A DNA stretch of 64,000 bases from Candidatus Jorgensenbacteria bacterium (GTDB taxonomy: Bacteria > Patescibacteriota > Minisyncoccia > UBA6257 > GWB1-50-10), in assembly GCA_037444725.1 (NCBI GenBank), contig JBBILW010000001.1, positions 5,056 through 69,055 of the forward strand. Direction: 5' to 3'. Position 1 is the first letter of the stretch; each line of letters starts with the position of its first letter. A program made the translations under genes and the position numbers. The notes under the pieces were generated by a model, which was not told the origin of the DNA, ran no database searches, and saw only the letters and a program-made list of their open reading frames with translations. Shown piece by piece: positions 29,789 to 40,026 of the stretch.

Positions 29789-30976
29789 ATGGCAGACTTT
29801 CAACCTCAGGGTCAAAATTGGTCGGGACAAAACCCTGTTATCGGCACGGGCGAGGGAGAGGTACCGCTTGCGAAACCTCCGATCGCCGACATGACTATGC
29901 GCACGATGGGCTCGGACATCTCCTCGATGAGAGCGTCGGGAGGAGGCGAGCCACGTCCGTATGCGCCGAAAGAAGTATCATATTCTGCACCCGCAGCGCC
30001 GATGCCGTCTGCGCCTCAAATGCCCGCCGCACCGCAAATGCAGCAATCATACACTGCCCCCTCGGCGTCACCGCAGATGAGTTTCGGCAACGTGGCACCG
30101 GTAAACGTTATGGCGCAGGCTGCACCCGCAAAATCGGGAAGCGCGCTCTTTATCATCCTTGCTGCCATTATTACCTCTGTTGGCCTTGGCGCAGTTGGAT
30201 ACTTTTTCGTCTACCCACAGTTTGCTACCCCTGCAGCGCCCGCAGTAACCGAGCAGCCCGCAGCACCGACACCGGGCACTGAATCTCCTGCAACAACAAC
30301 AGAGCCTGCCACGACCACGGCAGCGGCCACCGAACCTCTTCCGCCGACGCCGCCCGCACAGGGAACATCCACGGCTCCTGTAGCACCCGCGACACCTGCA
30401 GCGCCTGAACTGCCGACGGTTTCCGCACACGTCTCGCTTCTTACGACCGCAGCAGACTTTTCTGCAGAAGCAACACTCGGAAGCGTAACACTCGACGCAG
30501 TGAAGAGCGCCCTTACATCGAACCCTGTAGAGGTGCCCGTGCTTAAAGAGGTGACGTTCAAGAACGACACGGGAAAAGTATACGCATTCGCCGCAATCGC
30601 GCCCCTTGTCATGCCGACCACCCTCTCCTCGACGACACTCGCACTCTTTGCTCCTGACGCATCGTTTATTACTTATACGGATAAAACCGGCTCATGGCCC
30701 GCAATTGTTCTTCAGCTCGCAAGCGGCGCAGACGCGAATGCGGCCAAGACAGCCATGGCGGCGATTGAAAAAAATAACGAGTACGCATCGCTCTTCATTG
30801 TGAACCCGGGAACCGCGACCACATGGAAAGACGGCAAGGTGGCGAATGTTGCCGCGCGTTATATCGCATACTCGCAGAAGAACGTGGCCTTCAGCTACAC
30901 GTGGCTCGGCACCAAACTTGTGATAAGCTCAAGTTATGCAGGAGCGCAAGAAACCGCAAAACGCATCGCACAATAA
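29789..30976 (+). CDS. Hypothetical Pro/Ala/Thr-rich single-pass membrane protein
   Basis: Low-complexity N-terminus with RTMGSDI, central TM, PAT-rich linker, globular C-terminus; TATAAT 7 nt before ATG. Confidence 0.8.
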   Translation: MADFQPQGQNWSGQNPVIGTGEGEVPLAKPPIADMTMRTMGSDISSMRASGGGEPRPYAPKEVSYSAPAAPMPSAPQMPAAPQMQQSYTAPSASPQMSFGNVAPVNVMAQAAPAKSGSALFIILAAIITSVGLGAVGYFFVYPQFATPAAPAVTEQPAAPTPGTESPATTTEPATTTAAATEPLPPTPPAQGTSTAPVAPATPAAPELPTVSAHVSLLTTAADFSAEATLGSVTLDAVKSALTSNPVEVPVLKEVTFKNDTGKVYAFAAIAPLVMPTTLSSTTLALFAPDASFITYTDKTGSWPAIVLQLASGADANAAKTAMAAIEKNNEYASLFIVNPGTATTWKDGKVANVAARYIAYSQKNVAFSYTWLGTKLVISSSYAGAQETAKRIAQ

Positions 30977-31730
30977 CGACGACCTTTCACGCTGGAACCA
31001 AATCGCCCGCGAGTATGATACGCATATCACTCAGGGCGATTTTTTTCGTACAAAACTTCTCGACCCGGCTATGCACGAGCTTCTTCACGACGTGTCCCGC
31101 AAGACAATTCTTGATGCGGGATGCGGGCAGGGATATCTTGCCCATGCACTATCCGAACGCGGCGCTCGCGTTGAAGCCATTGATGGCGCAGAAACACTTA
31201 TAGCGCTTGCTCGCGAACATTACGGAGAAAATGAGCTATTGCGATTTTCCGTGCACAATCTTATGAACGCCCTTCCTTTTCCCGAGCAAGCGTTTGATAT
31301 TGCTGTCGCCAACATGGTCCTCATGGATCTTGACCCTGTGGCTCCCGTGCTTCGAGAAATTGCGCGCGTAACAAAGCCAGATGGCGTGTTTATCTTTTCG
31401 ATTCTCCATCCCTTGTTTGCGAATGGGACGCTGCGCAAAGGACTCCGCGAATATCTCACCCGCGCTCTGCCATTTTACGCACTGTCGCGCTACGCAACGC
31501 CATATAAAAAAGAGTGGCGCATCCCCGGCACTACACACACGACGAACGTATACAGCCGCTCTCTCGAGTATTACGCGCGAGAGCTTGCCGCGTCCGGCTT
31601 TGCGATAGCCGACGTGCGGGAACCGGTCTTTTCGCAACAAGAAGTGGAGAAGGAGAGCGGTGCCATGCGCCTTCTTGCTGAGATTCCCATGTTCCTCATC
31701 GTGCGCGCGATAAAAACGCATGAACGGTGA
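30936..31730 (+). CDS. Class I SAM-dependent methyltransferase
   Basis: ILDAGCGQG, LPF..QAFD, RVTKPDGVFIFSILHP. Confidence 0.9.
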   Translation: MQERKKPQNASHNNDDLSRWNQIAREYDTHITQGDFFRTKLLDPAMHELLHDVSRKTILDAGCGQGYLAHALSERGARVEAIDGAETLIALAREHYGENELLRFSVHNLMNALPFPEQAFDIAVANMVLMDLDPVAPVLREIARVTKPDGVFIFSILHPLFANGTLRKGLREYLTRALPFYALSRYATPYKKEWRIPGTTHTTNVYSRSLEYYARELAASGFAIADVREPVFSQQEVEKESGAMRLLAEIPMFLIVRAIKTHER

Positions 31731-31765
31731 TTGACAAGGCAATTTCATTCTTCTATTTTTCTAAT

Positions 31766-32101
31766 ATGCTCACTAAAGAACAACTTGAACAACTCAAAGA
31801 GCAGCTCACCGAACAGCGGGAGACGCTCGCAGAAAGACTTGCGCAACAGAATCCGAATGTTGATTTCGGCGACGACGTAGACGCGGGCGACGAAGAGGCC
31901 GATGAGGCAGAAGCGTTTGCAACCGTGCTCGGCATTTCGCAAGTTGAAAAGGAACACCTGCTCGATGTGGAGCATGCGCTCGACAAGATTCGCAAGGGAA
32001 CGTACGGAAAATGCGAACACTGCGGCGCAGCCATCTCACACGAAGTGCTCGCGGTCGAACCCGCATCGCGACTCTGCAAATCCTGCAAAGCATTAGGCTA
32101 A
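31766..32101 (+). CDS. TraR/DksA C4 zinc-finger protein
   Basis: Coiled coil with DEEADEA, GTYGKCEHCG..I...L...P..RLCKSC. Confidence 0.9.
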   Translation: MLTKEQLEQLKEQLTEQRETLAERLAQQNPNVDFGDDVDAGDEEADEAEAFATVLGISQVEKEHLLDVEHALDKIRKGTYGKCEHCGAAISHEVLAVEPASRLCKSCKALG

Positions 32102-33637
32102 ATGAGTTCGGTTCCCAAGATTTTTTCCGCAGAACTCGAAGGAATCGACGCTGAACTTATCGAAGTGGAGGCCGACTTAAATGTCGGTCTCCATTCGTTT
32201 AATATCGTGGGCCTCGCCGATAAGGCGGTCAGCGAAGCAAAAGAGCGCGTGAATTCCGCACTCAAGAATTCCGGCATCAAGCCGCCCACGCGCGAAAACC
32301 GCAAAATTACCATCAATCTCGCACCTGCAGACACGAAAAAGGCGGGTTCTCGTTTCGATTTACCGATTGCCGTCGCGTACCTCCTCGCAAGCGAACAGTT
32401 GAAACGCTTTGAAACGGGCGACAAACTTTTTGTCGGCGAGCTCTCACTCGACGGCTCGCTGCGCCCCGTGCCCGGCACATTAAACATCGCGATGCTTGCC
32501 GCGCGCACACACCTTGCGGAACTCTACGTCCCCGCAGCGAATGCTGTAGAAGCCGCTATCGTGCGCGACATTTCCGTTATCCCTGTGAGCTGTATTAAAG
32601 AACTTATCGACCATCTCGAGGGTACCGCAATTATCGCTCCGCAACCGCACACCGAATTCTCTCCGGGTTTTGCGCCTGCACAAGTTACGTTCCGCGACAT
32701 CCGTGGGCACGCGGGAGCAAAACGCGCGCTCGGCATTGCTGCCGCGGGCGGACACAACATTATTATGTCGGGACCGCCCGGCACCGGAAAAACCTTGCTT
32801 GCTCAATCACTTCCATCGATTCTTCCGCTTCCCGCGCTAGAAGAGAGTATTGAAATAACACGCGTCTACAGCGCCGCAGGCATGACGGCGCACGCATCTT
32901 TCATCGAGTGGCGGCCGTTCCGCGCGCCGCATCACAGCGCCTCGCTTGCATCGATACTGGGCGGCGGCACCAATCCGCGCCCCGGAGAAATAAGTCTCGC
33001 GCACCGCGGCGTGCTCTTCCTCGACGAACTTCCCGAATTTCACCGCGATATATTGGAAGGCCTTCGGCAACCGCTGGAAGAGGGTCGCGTCCATGTCGCA
33101 CGCGCAAAAAAGACCCTTGTATTTCCTGCGCGTTTTATTCTCGCGGCGGCGATGAACCCCTGTCCGTGCGGCCATTATGAATCCGGCGACCGGGAATGCA
33201 CATGTACCGCGCATGAGGTGCTCCGCTATCAAAAGAAGATTTCCGGACCGCTCCTCGACCGCTTCGATATCCAGATAGAAGTAAAAAAGATTCCCGTCGA
33301 TGAGTTGCGCGCAACGACGGAGGAGGGGAGCGACGACGCGATCCGTGATGAAATTGCGGCTGCGCGTGAACGGCAGAGGACGCGCTTTGCAGGACTCTCG
33401 CCGCGCATTCACACCAATGCAGAAATGACTTCGCGCCAAACAGAGCGCTTCGTGCACGCGAACGAAGAGGCAGACCGTTTTTTGAAACAAATTCTCGAAA
33501 CACGAAAACTTTCCACGCGCGGATACTACCGCATTTTGAAAGTTGCGCGAACGATTGCAGACATGGAAAACTCGATTGATGTCACCAGGGCGCATCTTGC
33601 CGAAGCATTCCAATACCGCCTCCGCGGCAATGAATAG
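32102..33637 (+). CDS. comM: YifB/ComM Mg-chelatase-like AAA+ ATPase
   Basis: INLAPAD, GPPGTGKT, PFRAPHH, PGEISLAHRGVLFLDE, NPCPCG, SGPLLDR. Confidence 0.93.
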   Translation: MSSVPKIFSAELEGIDAELIEVEADLNVGLHSFNIVGLADKAVSEAKERVNSALKNSGIKPPTRENRKITINLAPADTKKAGSRFDLPIAVAYLLASEQLKRFETGDKLFVGELSLDGSLRPVPGTLNIAMLAARTHLAELYVPAANAVEAAIVRDISVIPVSCIKELIDHLEGTAIIAPQPHTEFSPGFAPAQVTFRDIRGHAGAKRALGIAAAGGHNIIMSGPPGTGKTLLAQSLPSILPLPALEESIEITRVYSAAGMTAHASFIEWRPFRAPHHSASLASILGGGTNPRPGEISLAHRGVLFLDELPEFHRDILEGLRQPLEEGRVHVARAKKTLVFPARFILAAAMNPCPCGHYESGDRECTCTAHEVLRYQKKISGPLLDRFDIQIEVKKIPVDELRATTEEGSDDAIRDEIAAARERQRTRFAGLSPRIHTNAEMTSRQTERFVHANEEADRFLKQILETRKLSTRGYYRILKVARTIADMENSIDVTRAHLAEAFQYRLRGNE

Positions 33638-33639
33638 GC

Positions 33640-33665
33640 AAAGCCGCCCGAAGGGCGGCTTGTTT
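33640..33665. terminator. Bidirectional terminator between comM and the M23 gene
   Basis: AAGCCGCCC-GAA-GGGCGGCTT. Confidence 0.7.
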
Positions 33666-34722
33666 AGTGTGTAGCAAATGGATTCTTTGCGCCGATGACC
33701 TCGAAGTGGAGGTGGCAGCCCGAGGGTCCGTCCGTGTTACCAGTGTTGCCCACAAAACCTATCGGATCTCCCTGATTTACTTCATCACCGACTTTCACCG
33801 CAACTTTTTCTAAGTGCGCGTAGCGGGTCTTCAAACCACCCGAGTGCTGGATGAGCACGAAAAGACCGTAGCCGTTGTTCCATCCGCTTGCGCCATCGCT
33901 GCGCAGCTCTTCATCTTCGATAACCGTACCGCCCGCAGCCGCGACGACCTGCGTTCCGCATTTATTTACAATGTCCACGGCATTTTGCGTGTGCAGCTCG
34001 CCCAAATTATTGCCCGCAAGCGGCAGCGAGAGAACTCCTTTCGCAAGCGAGGGGAGCTTCTCGGCAGCACGCGCAATCGTTTTTGCGCTCGGCGCGACTC
34101 CCGGAAGTACGAGTGTGCCCTTACCGGCAATTAAAATCTTCTGGTAATCAGCGTTGTGCTGCTTAATAATGCCTTGGCTTATTGAGAAATCCGCCGCAAT
34201 CGAATCCAGCGTATCGCCCTGCTTCACTTCATAAAGAATTCCCGAAACCGGTAAAATCACGAGCTCATCTCCTACGTGGACCGAACGCGTGCCTCCGTTT
34301 GCCCACTGTACCGTTTCACGCGAAATGCCAAATTCCGCAGCAATGCTCGTAATCGTGTCTCCCTTGCGCACCTTGTAGCGCTTCAGGCCGTCGCGCACAG
34401 GGGAAAGGTTAGTGAGAGGATTTGCGCTTGCCGTCGCGGAAATGCCGTCATCGTCTGTCGTCTTCACGGAGTCATCGCCCTCCAGCGCATATCCGACAGG
34501 AAGTTCGGAAGCGAGTGACAGGCTGTTTTCTTTTGCTACCGCACCGCCCGTATTAATCGCTGCGCCCTCATCGGAATAGTACACCGCCCGAGATTGGGGG
34601 AGTGGCACAAGATTCAACAAAAGAAGGGAGGCTACGACGAGAACCGACCAGATGCTGGTCGTTGCGGTGATTTCGGGCGCGTCAGGCGCTATTTTTTTTA
34701 TGACCGCGTTTACTGTATTAAT
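33664..34722 (-). CDS. LysM x2 + M23 peptidase (peptidoglycan endopeptidase)
   Basis: YKVRKGDT and YEVKQGDT LysMs; H.AVD, YAHL, HLHFEV; frame extends upstream through a TM helix to a proposed ATT at 34722 (first TTGs at 34623/34620). Confidence 0.88.
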   Translation of the reverse strand: MNTVNAVIKKIAPDAPEITATTSIWSVLVVASLLLLNLVPLPQSRAVYYSDEGAAINTGGAVAKENSLSLASELPVGYALEGDDSVKTTDDDGISATASANPLTNLSPVRDGLKRYKVRKGDTITSIAAEFGISRETVQWANGGTRSVHVGDELVILPVSGILYEVKQGDTLDSIAADFSISQGIIKQHNADYQKILIAGKGTLVLPGVAPSAKTIARAAEKLPSLAKGVLSLPLAGNNLGELHTQNAVDIVNKCGTQVVAAAGGTVIEDEELRSDGASGWNNGYGLFVLIQHSGGLKTRYAHLEKVAVKVGDEVNQGDPIGFVGNTGNTDGPSGCHLHFEVIGAKNPFATH

Positions 34723-34791
34723 GTTATTAGTATAGCAAAATCCTGCGTTATTTCAACGTTACTCCGCATTTTTATGCTATACTTATGAGTA

Positions 34792-35145
34792 ATGAAAAGA
34801 ATAATTGCGTGCGGAATGTTTCTCGCGATTGCGCTCATTTTCGTGGCGCCAAGGCCCGCGAAAGCATTTACTTCGTTCGGCGGCACCGTAGTCACCACAT
34901 TTGCTCCCGCCGTAGCCTGTGCGGGCGAGGGACCCATCACCATTATTCCCGCCGGCTTGTTCCCGCCGGGTCCCTACGCCGCCTATCCGCTTACCATGCG
35001 CTATTCTCACTACTTTATTCATCCTGGCCAAAAAATTCTCGGGCTCTATATTCCCTTCTTAACGCCGGGCCTCTGCTGGACAACCACACCGATTCCCATA
35101 CCCGTGCCCGTGTTCCCGATAATCATGTTCGGAACGAGTCTCTAG
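34792..35145 (+). CDS. Hypothetical secreted protein
   Basis: Signal peptide (AKA-F), SFGG, two Cys, ends FGTS; TGcTATACT 8 nt upstream. Confidence 0.72.
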   Translation: MKRIIACGMFLAIALIFVAPRPAKAFTSFGGTVVTTFAPAVACAGEGPITIIPAGLFPPGPYAAYPLTMRYSHYFIHPGQKILGLYIPFLTPGLCWTTTPIPIPVPVFPIIMFGTSL

Positions 35146-35149
35146 CCGC

Positions 35150-35968
35150 ATGCGCCAAAAACTTGGACAGCACTTTCTCACCGATATCGATCTTCTGAAA
35201 AGAATCGCATCGTACGTTGATATTCGCGAAAACGATGTCATTCTCGAGATCGGCCCAGGACATGGAGAGCTTACCTCGCATCTTGTTCGCGAGGCCTCTG
35301 CTCACAAAAATGTAAGAATTATGCTCGTCGAAAAGGACGAGTCGCTGGTCGTGAAGCTTCAAACAAAGTTCGCGCCCCCGCTTAAGAGCGGGGTTGTCGG
35401 TATTTTCGGCGGCGACGCGCTCGCGCTTCTTCCCCAAATTGTCGATGGGCTCTCAAAAACAGGGCAATCATACAAAATTGTGGGCAATATTCCGTACTAC
35501 ATCACCGGATTTCTCTTTCGTGTCATCGGCGAACTCGCGCACAAACCCACATCGTGCGTTTTTCTTATCCAGAAAGAGGTCGCTGAACGCGCCGCCGCAC
35601 AGCCGCCGCACATGAATCTCCTCGCCGCGAGCGTGCAGTACTGGGCGAATGCGGAAATGCTCGATTTTGTACCCAAAGACTCTTTTAATCCTCCTCCTGA
35701 GGTGGATTCCGCGGTCATCCGACTCGTCACCAAGACTTCTGCAGCCACCACGCTTCCGGAACAGTACTTTATGTGCGTAAAAGCGCTCTTCAAGCAGCCT
35801 CGAAAAAACATTCAGAACAACCTCAAAGAGCTTGAGAGCTTCTCCACACTCTCCAAAGAGCGAGCACTGAAATTATTTGAATCTATCGGCCATAAACCTA
35901 CTGATAGGCCGCAAGATATGCACATAGAATCTATCTTATTACTCGCTCATCTGTTGTATAATGAGTAA
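35150..35968 (+). CDS. rsmA: 16S rRNA m6,2A dimethyltransferase
   Basis: LGQHFL, LEIGPGHG, VGNIPYYIT, QKEVAER, F.PPPEVDSAV. Confidence 0.96.
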   Translation: MRQKLGQHFLTDIDLLKRIASYVDIRENDVILEIGPGHGELTSHLVREASAHKNVRIMLVEKDESLVVKLQTKFAPPLKSGVVGIFGGDALALLPQIVDGLSKTGQSYKIVGNIPYYITGFLFRVIGELAHKPTSCVFLIQKEVAERAAAQPPHMNLLAASVQYWANAEMLDFVPKDSFNPPPEVDSAVIRLVTKTSAATTLPEQYFMCVKALFKQPRKNIQNNLKELESFSTLSKERALKLFESIGHKPTDRPQDMHIESILLLAHLLYNE

Positions 35969-35973
35969 GTAAT

Positions 35974-36717
35974 ATGCGAACGAGATCCATCATCGCCTTA
36001 CTTGTACTTCTCTTTGGGGCGGGGAGCGCTGTTTGGATTGCGTCGCCTAAAGTTTTTAGCGGCCACGCCGCATCGGAGGTTTCTTTCGCCACAAGCAGCG
36101 CGGGCGCAGATCCGCGATTTACGAACGACACGGGCGCGGGAAGCGACACTTCCAATGACATTTCCGAGGAAAACGTGGTGCGCAATTACGGCAGAGAAAT
36201 TCTTCGCCTTAACCCGCAGGGCCAGGGGAAAGATGCTCCGATAATCGTTCCCAATGAGGCGGTTTTTTCTCAGATGATTCAGGATGAGATTTCAAAACCG
36301 ATTCCTGTGCGCACGTACACCGAAAATGATATTACCGTTTTGAAGGCGACAGACAAAAAAACCGCACTCGCGTACGCGACTGCGATTGATTCCGCAAATA
36401 AGAAGACCATCGGTGCGCTTGCCACTCCGTTCGTGGCCGCCGTCCAACAATATGTTTCCGATAATAATCCTCAGGAACTTTCCCGCCAGTCATCCGCCAT
36501 TGCTGCCTACATCACCGCACTTCTTGCGACGCCTGTTCCGCAAACCTGGAAGACGTTTCATCTCGGACTCATTAATCTTCTCAGCAAGCGCTTCGCATAT
36601 GCGAATGCCATTCTCGATAATAACGACTCACAGCTGAAAATAGCCGCGGCTCTCAGCAATATTATTTCACTCGTTGATGAAGAGGTCGAACTCTACAAAA
36701 CCATGCCCACCCAATAA
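35974..36717 (+). CDS. Hypothetical membrane-anchored protein (T4SS-like cluster)
   Basis: N-terminal TM, helical C-terminus with PVPQTWKTFHL. Confidence 0.75.
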   Translation: MRTRSIIALLVLLFGAGSAVWIASPKVFSGHAASEVSFATSSAGADPRFTNDTGAGSDTSNDISEENVVRNYGREILRLNPQGQGKDAPIIVPNEAVFSQMIQDEISKPIPVRTYTENDITVLKATDKKTALAYATAIDSANKKTIGALATPFVAAVQQYVSDNNPQELSRQSSAIAAYITALLATPVPQTWKTFHLGLINLLSKRFAYANAILDNNDSQLKIAAALSNIISLVDEEVELYKTMPTQ

Positions 36718-36735
36718 CGGAACGGCACCACCATC

Positions 36736-38457
36736 ATGAACTTCCGCATTCATTCGCTTATCGCATCGTCGCTCTTTGTCACCGTGCTCACCACGAGTAT
36801 TTTTGCATACTATCCAGTGAAAGAAGTGCACGCTCAAGCCGGTACGTCAGAAGTCCTGGGAGCCTGCGGCGTGAATGCCGCACTCGATGCATTGACCGCA
36901 GTCGCGGGAGAAGCATTAAGTTTTTTAAGCACATCGGTTCCCACCACAAACCGTCCGCAACAACTTACGACAATTAAGTATGGTATTCAGCAATGTCTTA
37001 TGGCGATATTAAACCTCACCATCAAAGTCATGCTCGCGAAATTAAAAAAGCGGCTTTTGGACAGACTTACCGATGACACCATTTCCTGGATTAATGGCGA
37101 TGGGGGAAAGCCCAAATTCGTTACCAACTTCGGCGACGTGCTCAAGGAAAGCGCCGATGCTGCGGTTGGCGACACGCTCCGTGCATCGGGTATGGGTAAG
37201 CTCTGCTCTGACAAATTATCACTCCAAGTACAGGTATCATTACGAAAACAAAAGAAATTTTCCGAAGGTATAACCTGCACTCTTACGGGAGCGGCAAAAA
37301 ACGTTTCAGCATTTGCCGATAACTTTAACAATGGCAGCTGGATAGGGTATGGACAGCTTCTCGAGCCCTCAAATAACCGCTGGGGACTGCAGCTCCTTGC
37401 CATGGATGCGCTTGATACCAAAAAATCGCAGCTCAATGAGGCTACGAAGTTAAAAACCCAGGCAAGCACGGGCTTTACACCGACCGAGTTCTGTAAGGCG
37501 TGGACGCTTACCGGCGTACACACAACGGATGGTATCGGCAAGGTTACAGAAATCGCGCGCGTATCAGGAGACGTGTTTAATGGCGGACTCCGCGCACCGG
37601 AAAATCCTCCAAGTCCCACCGAGCGACCCGGAAACGCCGATTATTATCCGCCTGATTTCCCACAAAACTATACTGACCTTGCTTATGTTTGCGTTTCGGG
37701 AGACCGCGTTGTTTCAACGCCTGCGACGACAATCTCCGGCGCGACCGACAAGGCGGTTACGAGCGATTGGAATACCATCGCCAACATGGACGATCTCACT
37801 CCCTACATATCTGCAATATTCGATGCCGCGGTTAACCGAGTGAAGAAAGCTGGCGTGAAGGGTTTGTTGTCCGCCAAAAACGACCTCTTCAGCGACAGCA
37901 GCAAGACCGGCTATTCAGCCGGCGCGGGAGGGAGCGCAACTGATCAGACCGTTATCGAGTTAAAAGCTTCGTACGCTGCCGCGATGGCTGAAGCATCGAG
38001 TACTAGCGCACTTCTTAAGGCTGCGAACGACCAAATCACAACCGCGCTTAATCAATTGAACGCGCTTGGCGCCTGCCAGGCCTCCGTACTCGTTGCGCTA
38101 AATCCTATGGGAACGGTTTTTGATTGTCCTGCCACCGGTACAAAACTCACCACAGTTTCCAACTCATACGCATCGCTCAACACATACGCTTCAAATCTCG
38201 CCGATGCAAAAAAATCACTTTCACAAACCACCTCCCAGGTGAACGCCGCAACGAGTACCATGAGCATTACCACCCTTGCGACTCTTTCCTCGCTCGTGGC
38301 TGACGCAAGAGGAAAAATAGCTTCTATAGCAATCGGCGTTCAAAAGATTATTGACGCAACCACCGCAGACGCAACGCTTATAGCAAACGAACTCACCACC
38401 TGCTCGAATGCCGCAAAATTCCCCGGCACCGCATACAGCTGTCCTGTCTGGCCCTAA
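36736..38457 (+). CDS. Hypothetical secreted protein (T4SS-like cluster)
   Basis: Signal peptide (VHA-Q), WINGDGGKPKFVTN, several Cys, C-terminal helical region. Confidence 0.78.
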   Translation: MNFRIHSLIASSLFVTVLTTSIFAYYPVKEVHAQAGTSEVLGACGVNAALDALTAVAGEALSFLSTSVPTTNRPQQLTTIKYGIQQCLMAILNLTIKVMLAKLKKRLLDRLTDDTISWINGDGGKPKFVTNFGDVLKESADAAVGDTLRASGMGKLCSDKLSLQVQVSLRKQKKFSEGITCTLTGAAKNVSAFADNFNNGSWIGYGQLLEPSNNRWGLQLLAMDALDTKKSQLNEATKLKTQASTGFTPTEFCKAWTLTGVHTTDGIGKVTEIARVSGDVFNGGLRAPENPPSPTERPGNADYYPPDFPQNYTDLAYVCVSGDRVVSTPATTISGATDKAVTSDWNTIANMDDLTPYISAIFDAAVNRVKKAGVKGLLSAKNDLFSDSSKTGYSAGAGGSATDQTVIELKASYAAAMAEASSTSALLKAANDQITTALNQLNALGACQASVLVALNPMGTVFDCPATGTKLTTVSNSYASLNTYASNLADAKKSLSQTTSQVNAATSTMSITTLATLSSLVADARGKIASIAIGVQKIIDATTADATLIANELTTCSNAAKFPGTAYSCPVWP

Positions 38458-38460
38458 TTC

Positions 38461-39969
38461 ATGAAGTATCGCCCCAAATATTTATTCCTTGGACTAGTCA
38501 TCGCGGGAAGCGTTGCGCTGCTTACGCCTCATTTGGCGCACGCGGGCATTATGGATGACACGGCAATAAAAGTTGGCGTGGCGATGTTTAGTGTGGTCGC
38601 CTACATCATCAACACGATAGTCGGTTTCTTGTTCGTTGCTGCCGCATGGCTCGTCGGCATCGCGATGAGCATCAACGATACCGTCGCAAGCTCAACCAAT
38701 TCCATTGTAACCATCGGATGGGGGATATCACGTGATATTGCAAACCTCGGTTTCGTGCTTGCGATGGTCGTTATCGCATTTGCCACCATCATCAATTATG
38801 AACCATACGGCGCACGCAAACTTCTTGTGAAACTCATCACCGCGGCTATTCTCGTAAATTTCAGCTTGACGATAGGCGGCGTCCTTATTGATTTTTCAAA
38901 CGTCCTCACCCACTTCTTTCTCAGCCGAATCAACGTGACCCCTATCGAACTCGCGAGTAAGCTTGCGCAAGCGCTCGGGCCTCAGAAATTCATACTGGGC
39001 GACACGACCGATCCGCTTCCGCCCGATCCGAAGAACCAGCCGAATGTTCAGGAGGCGATTGGTTGGGGAGTACTGCTCAACATAAGCGGCCTTATATTTT
39101 CGATGGCATTCATTCTCATCTCCACCATCGTGCTGCTCACCTTTGCCGTCATGCTTCTTGTGCGTTTCGTAACACTTACGATTCTTCTTGCGTCAGCGCC
39201 GCTCTCCTGGCTCTTCAGCGTCATTCCGCAACTGAATAAGATGAACGATCTCTGGTGGAATAAATTTACGCAATGGACGTTCTTTGCGCCCGCGATGACA
39301 TTCTTTGTTTATCTCGCGCTTGCGGGTCTCGATGCTCTGTCGATACAATCCACTCCGGATACATTCTTCAGCGACCCTGGACTCGCCACCATTATGGCGA
39401 CGGGCATGAGGGGTGTATTGCTCTGCGGCACACTTGTTGGTGGATTAATGGCCGCAAATAAAATGGGTATTACAGGCGCGGCCGCGGGAATGGGCGCGGC
39501 AAAAGGCTTGTGGAGCGGCACTAAGGGATATGTGGGCGAGCGTGCAACCATGCTTCGCCAGCGCCTTGCGGCGGCGGGCATGCAAATCGATAAAAGCGGC
39601 GTGGCAACGACGGGCGCGGGGCGTGTCGCCGCAGCACTTGGCAGGGGTCTCTATCAGGTACCTCTTGTGGGAACAGGACTCGCGCGAAGGGCCGAGCGCG
39701 TGCGGGACGCGATTGGAAGAGACGCAGCAGCGCACATCGAGAATCGAGGGGTTGTGCGCACCGGTATAATGGGCTCACTCTTCCGCGGCGCTGCTGAGGG
39801 TGCGGGCGTTGTCGGCAAGAAAAAGGCAAGAAAACCTGAGGACATGACAAAAGAAGAACTGCTTGAAGAGCGGGAAACGCTTAAAACTGAAAAAGAAGCG
39901 GCCGAAAAAAGAGGGAAGGCGGCTGAATCCGCAAATATTCCGACGGGTGGTCAAACGCCGTCGGTTTAA
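38461..39969 (+). CDS. VirB6/TrbL-like polytopic membrane protein
   Basis: GWGISRDIANLGF, AAILVNFSL..G.LIDFSN, LLVRFVTLTILLASAPL, WWNKF; Gly/Ala-rich tail. Confidence 0.72.
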   Translation: MKYRPKYLFLGLVIAGSVALLTPHLAHAGIMDDTAIKVGVAMFSVVAYIINTIVGFLFVAAAWLVGIAMSINDTVASSTNSIVTIGWGISRDIANLGFVLAMVVIAFATIINYEPYGARKLLVKLITAAILVNFSLTIGGVLIDFSNVLTHFFLSRINVTPIELASKLAQALGPQKFILGDTTDPLPPDPKNQPNVQEAIGWGVLLNISGLIFSMAFILISTIVLLTFAVMLLVRFVTLTILLASAPLSWLFSVIPQLNKMNDLWWNKFTQWTFFAPAMTFFVYLALAGLDALSIQSTPDTFFSDPGLATIMATGMRGVLLCGTLVGGLMAANKMGITGAAAGMGAAKGLWSGTKGYVGERATMLRQRLAAAGMQIDKSGVATTGAGRVAAALGRGLYQVPLVGTGLARRAERVRDAIGRDAAAHIENRGVVRTGIMGSLFRGAAEGAGVVGKKKARKPEDMTKEELLEERETLKTEKEAAEKRGKAAESANIPTGGQTPSV

Positions 39970-40026
39970 AAAACCGAACTCTACGGCTAAGAATAGTGGG
40001 TCTGCCTAATACATATCAAAAACCGC

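Noticed and set aside
34312-34327. parS-like CGTTTCACGCGAAATG
   Set aside because: Single degenerate copy inside a coding region, explainable by codons
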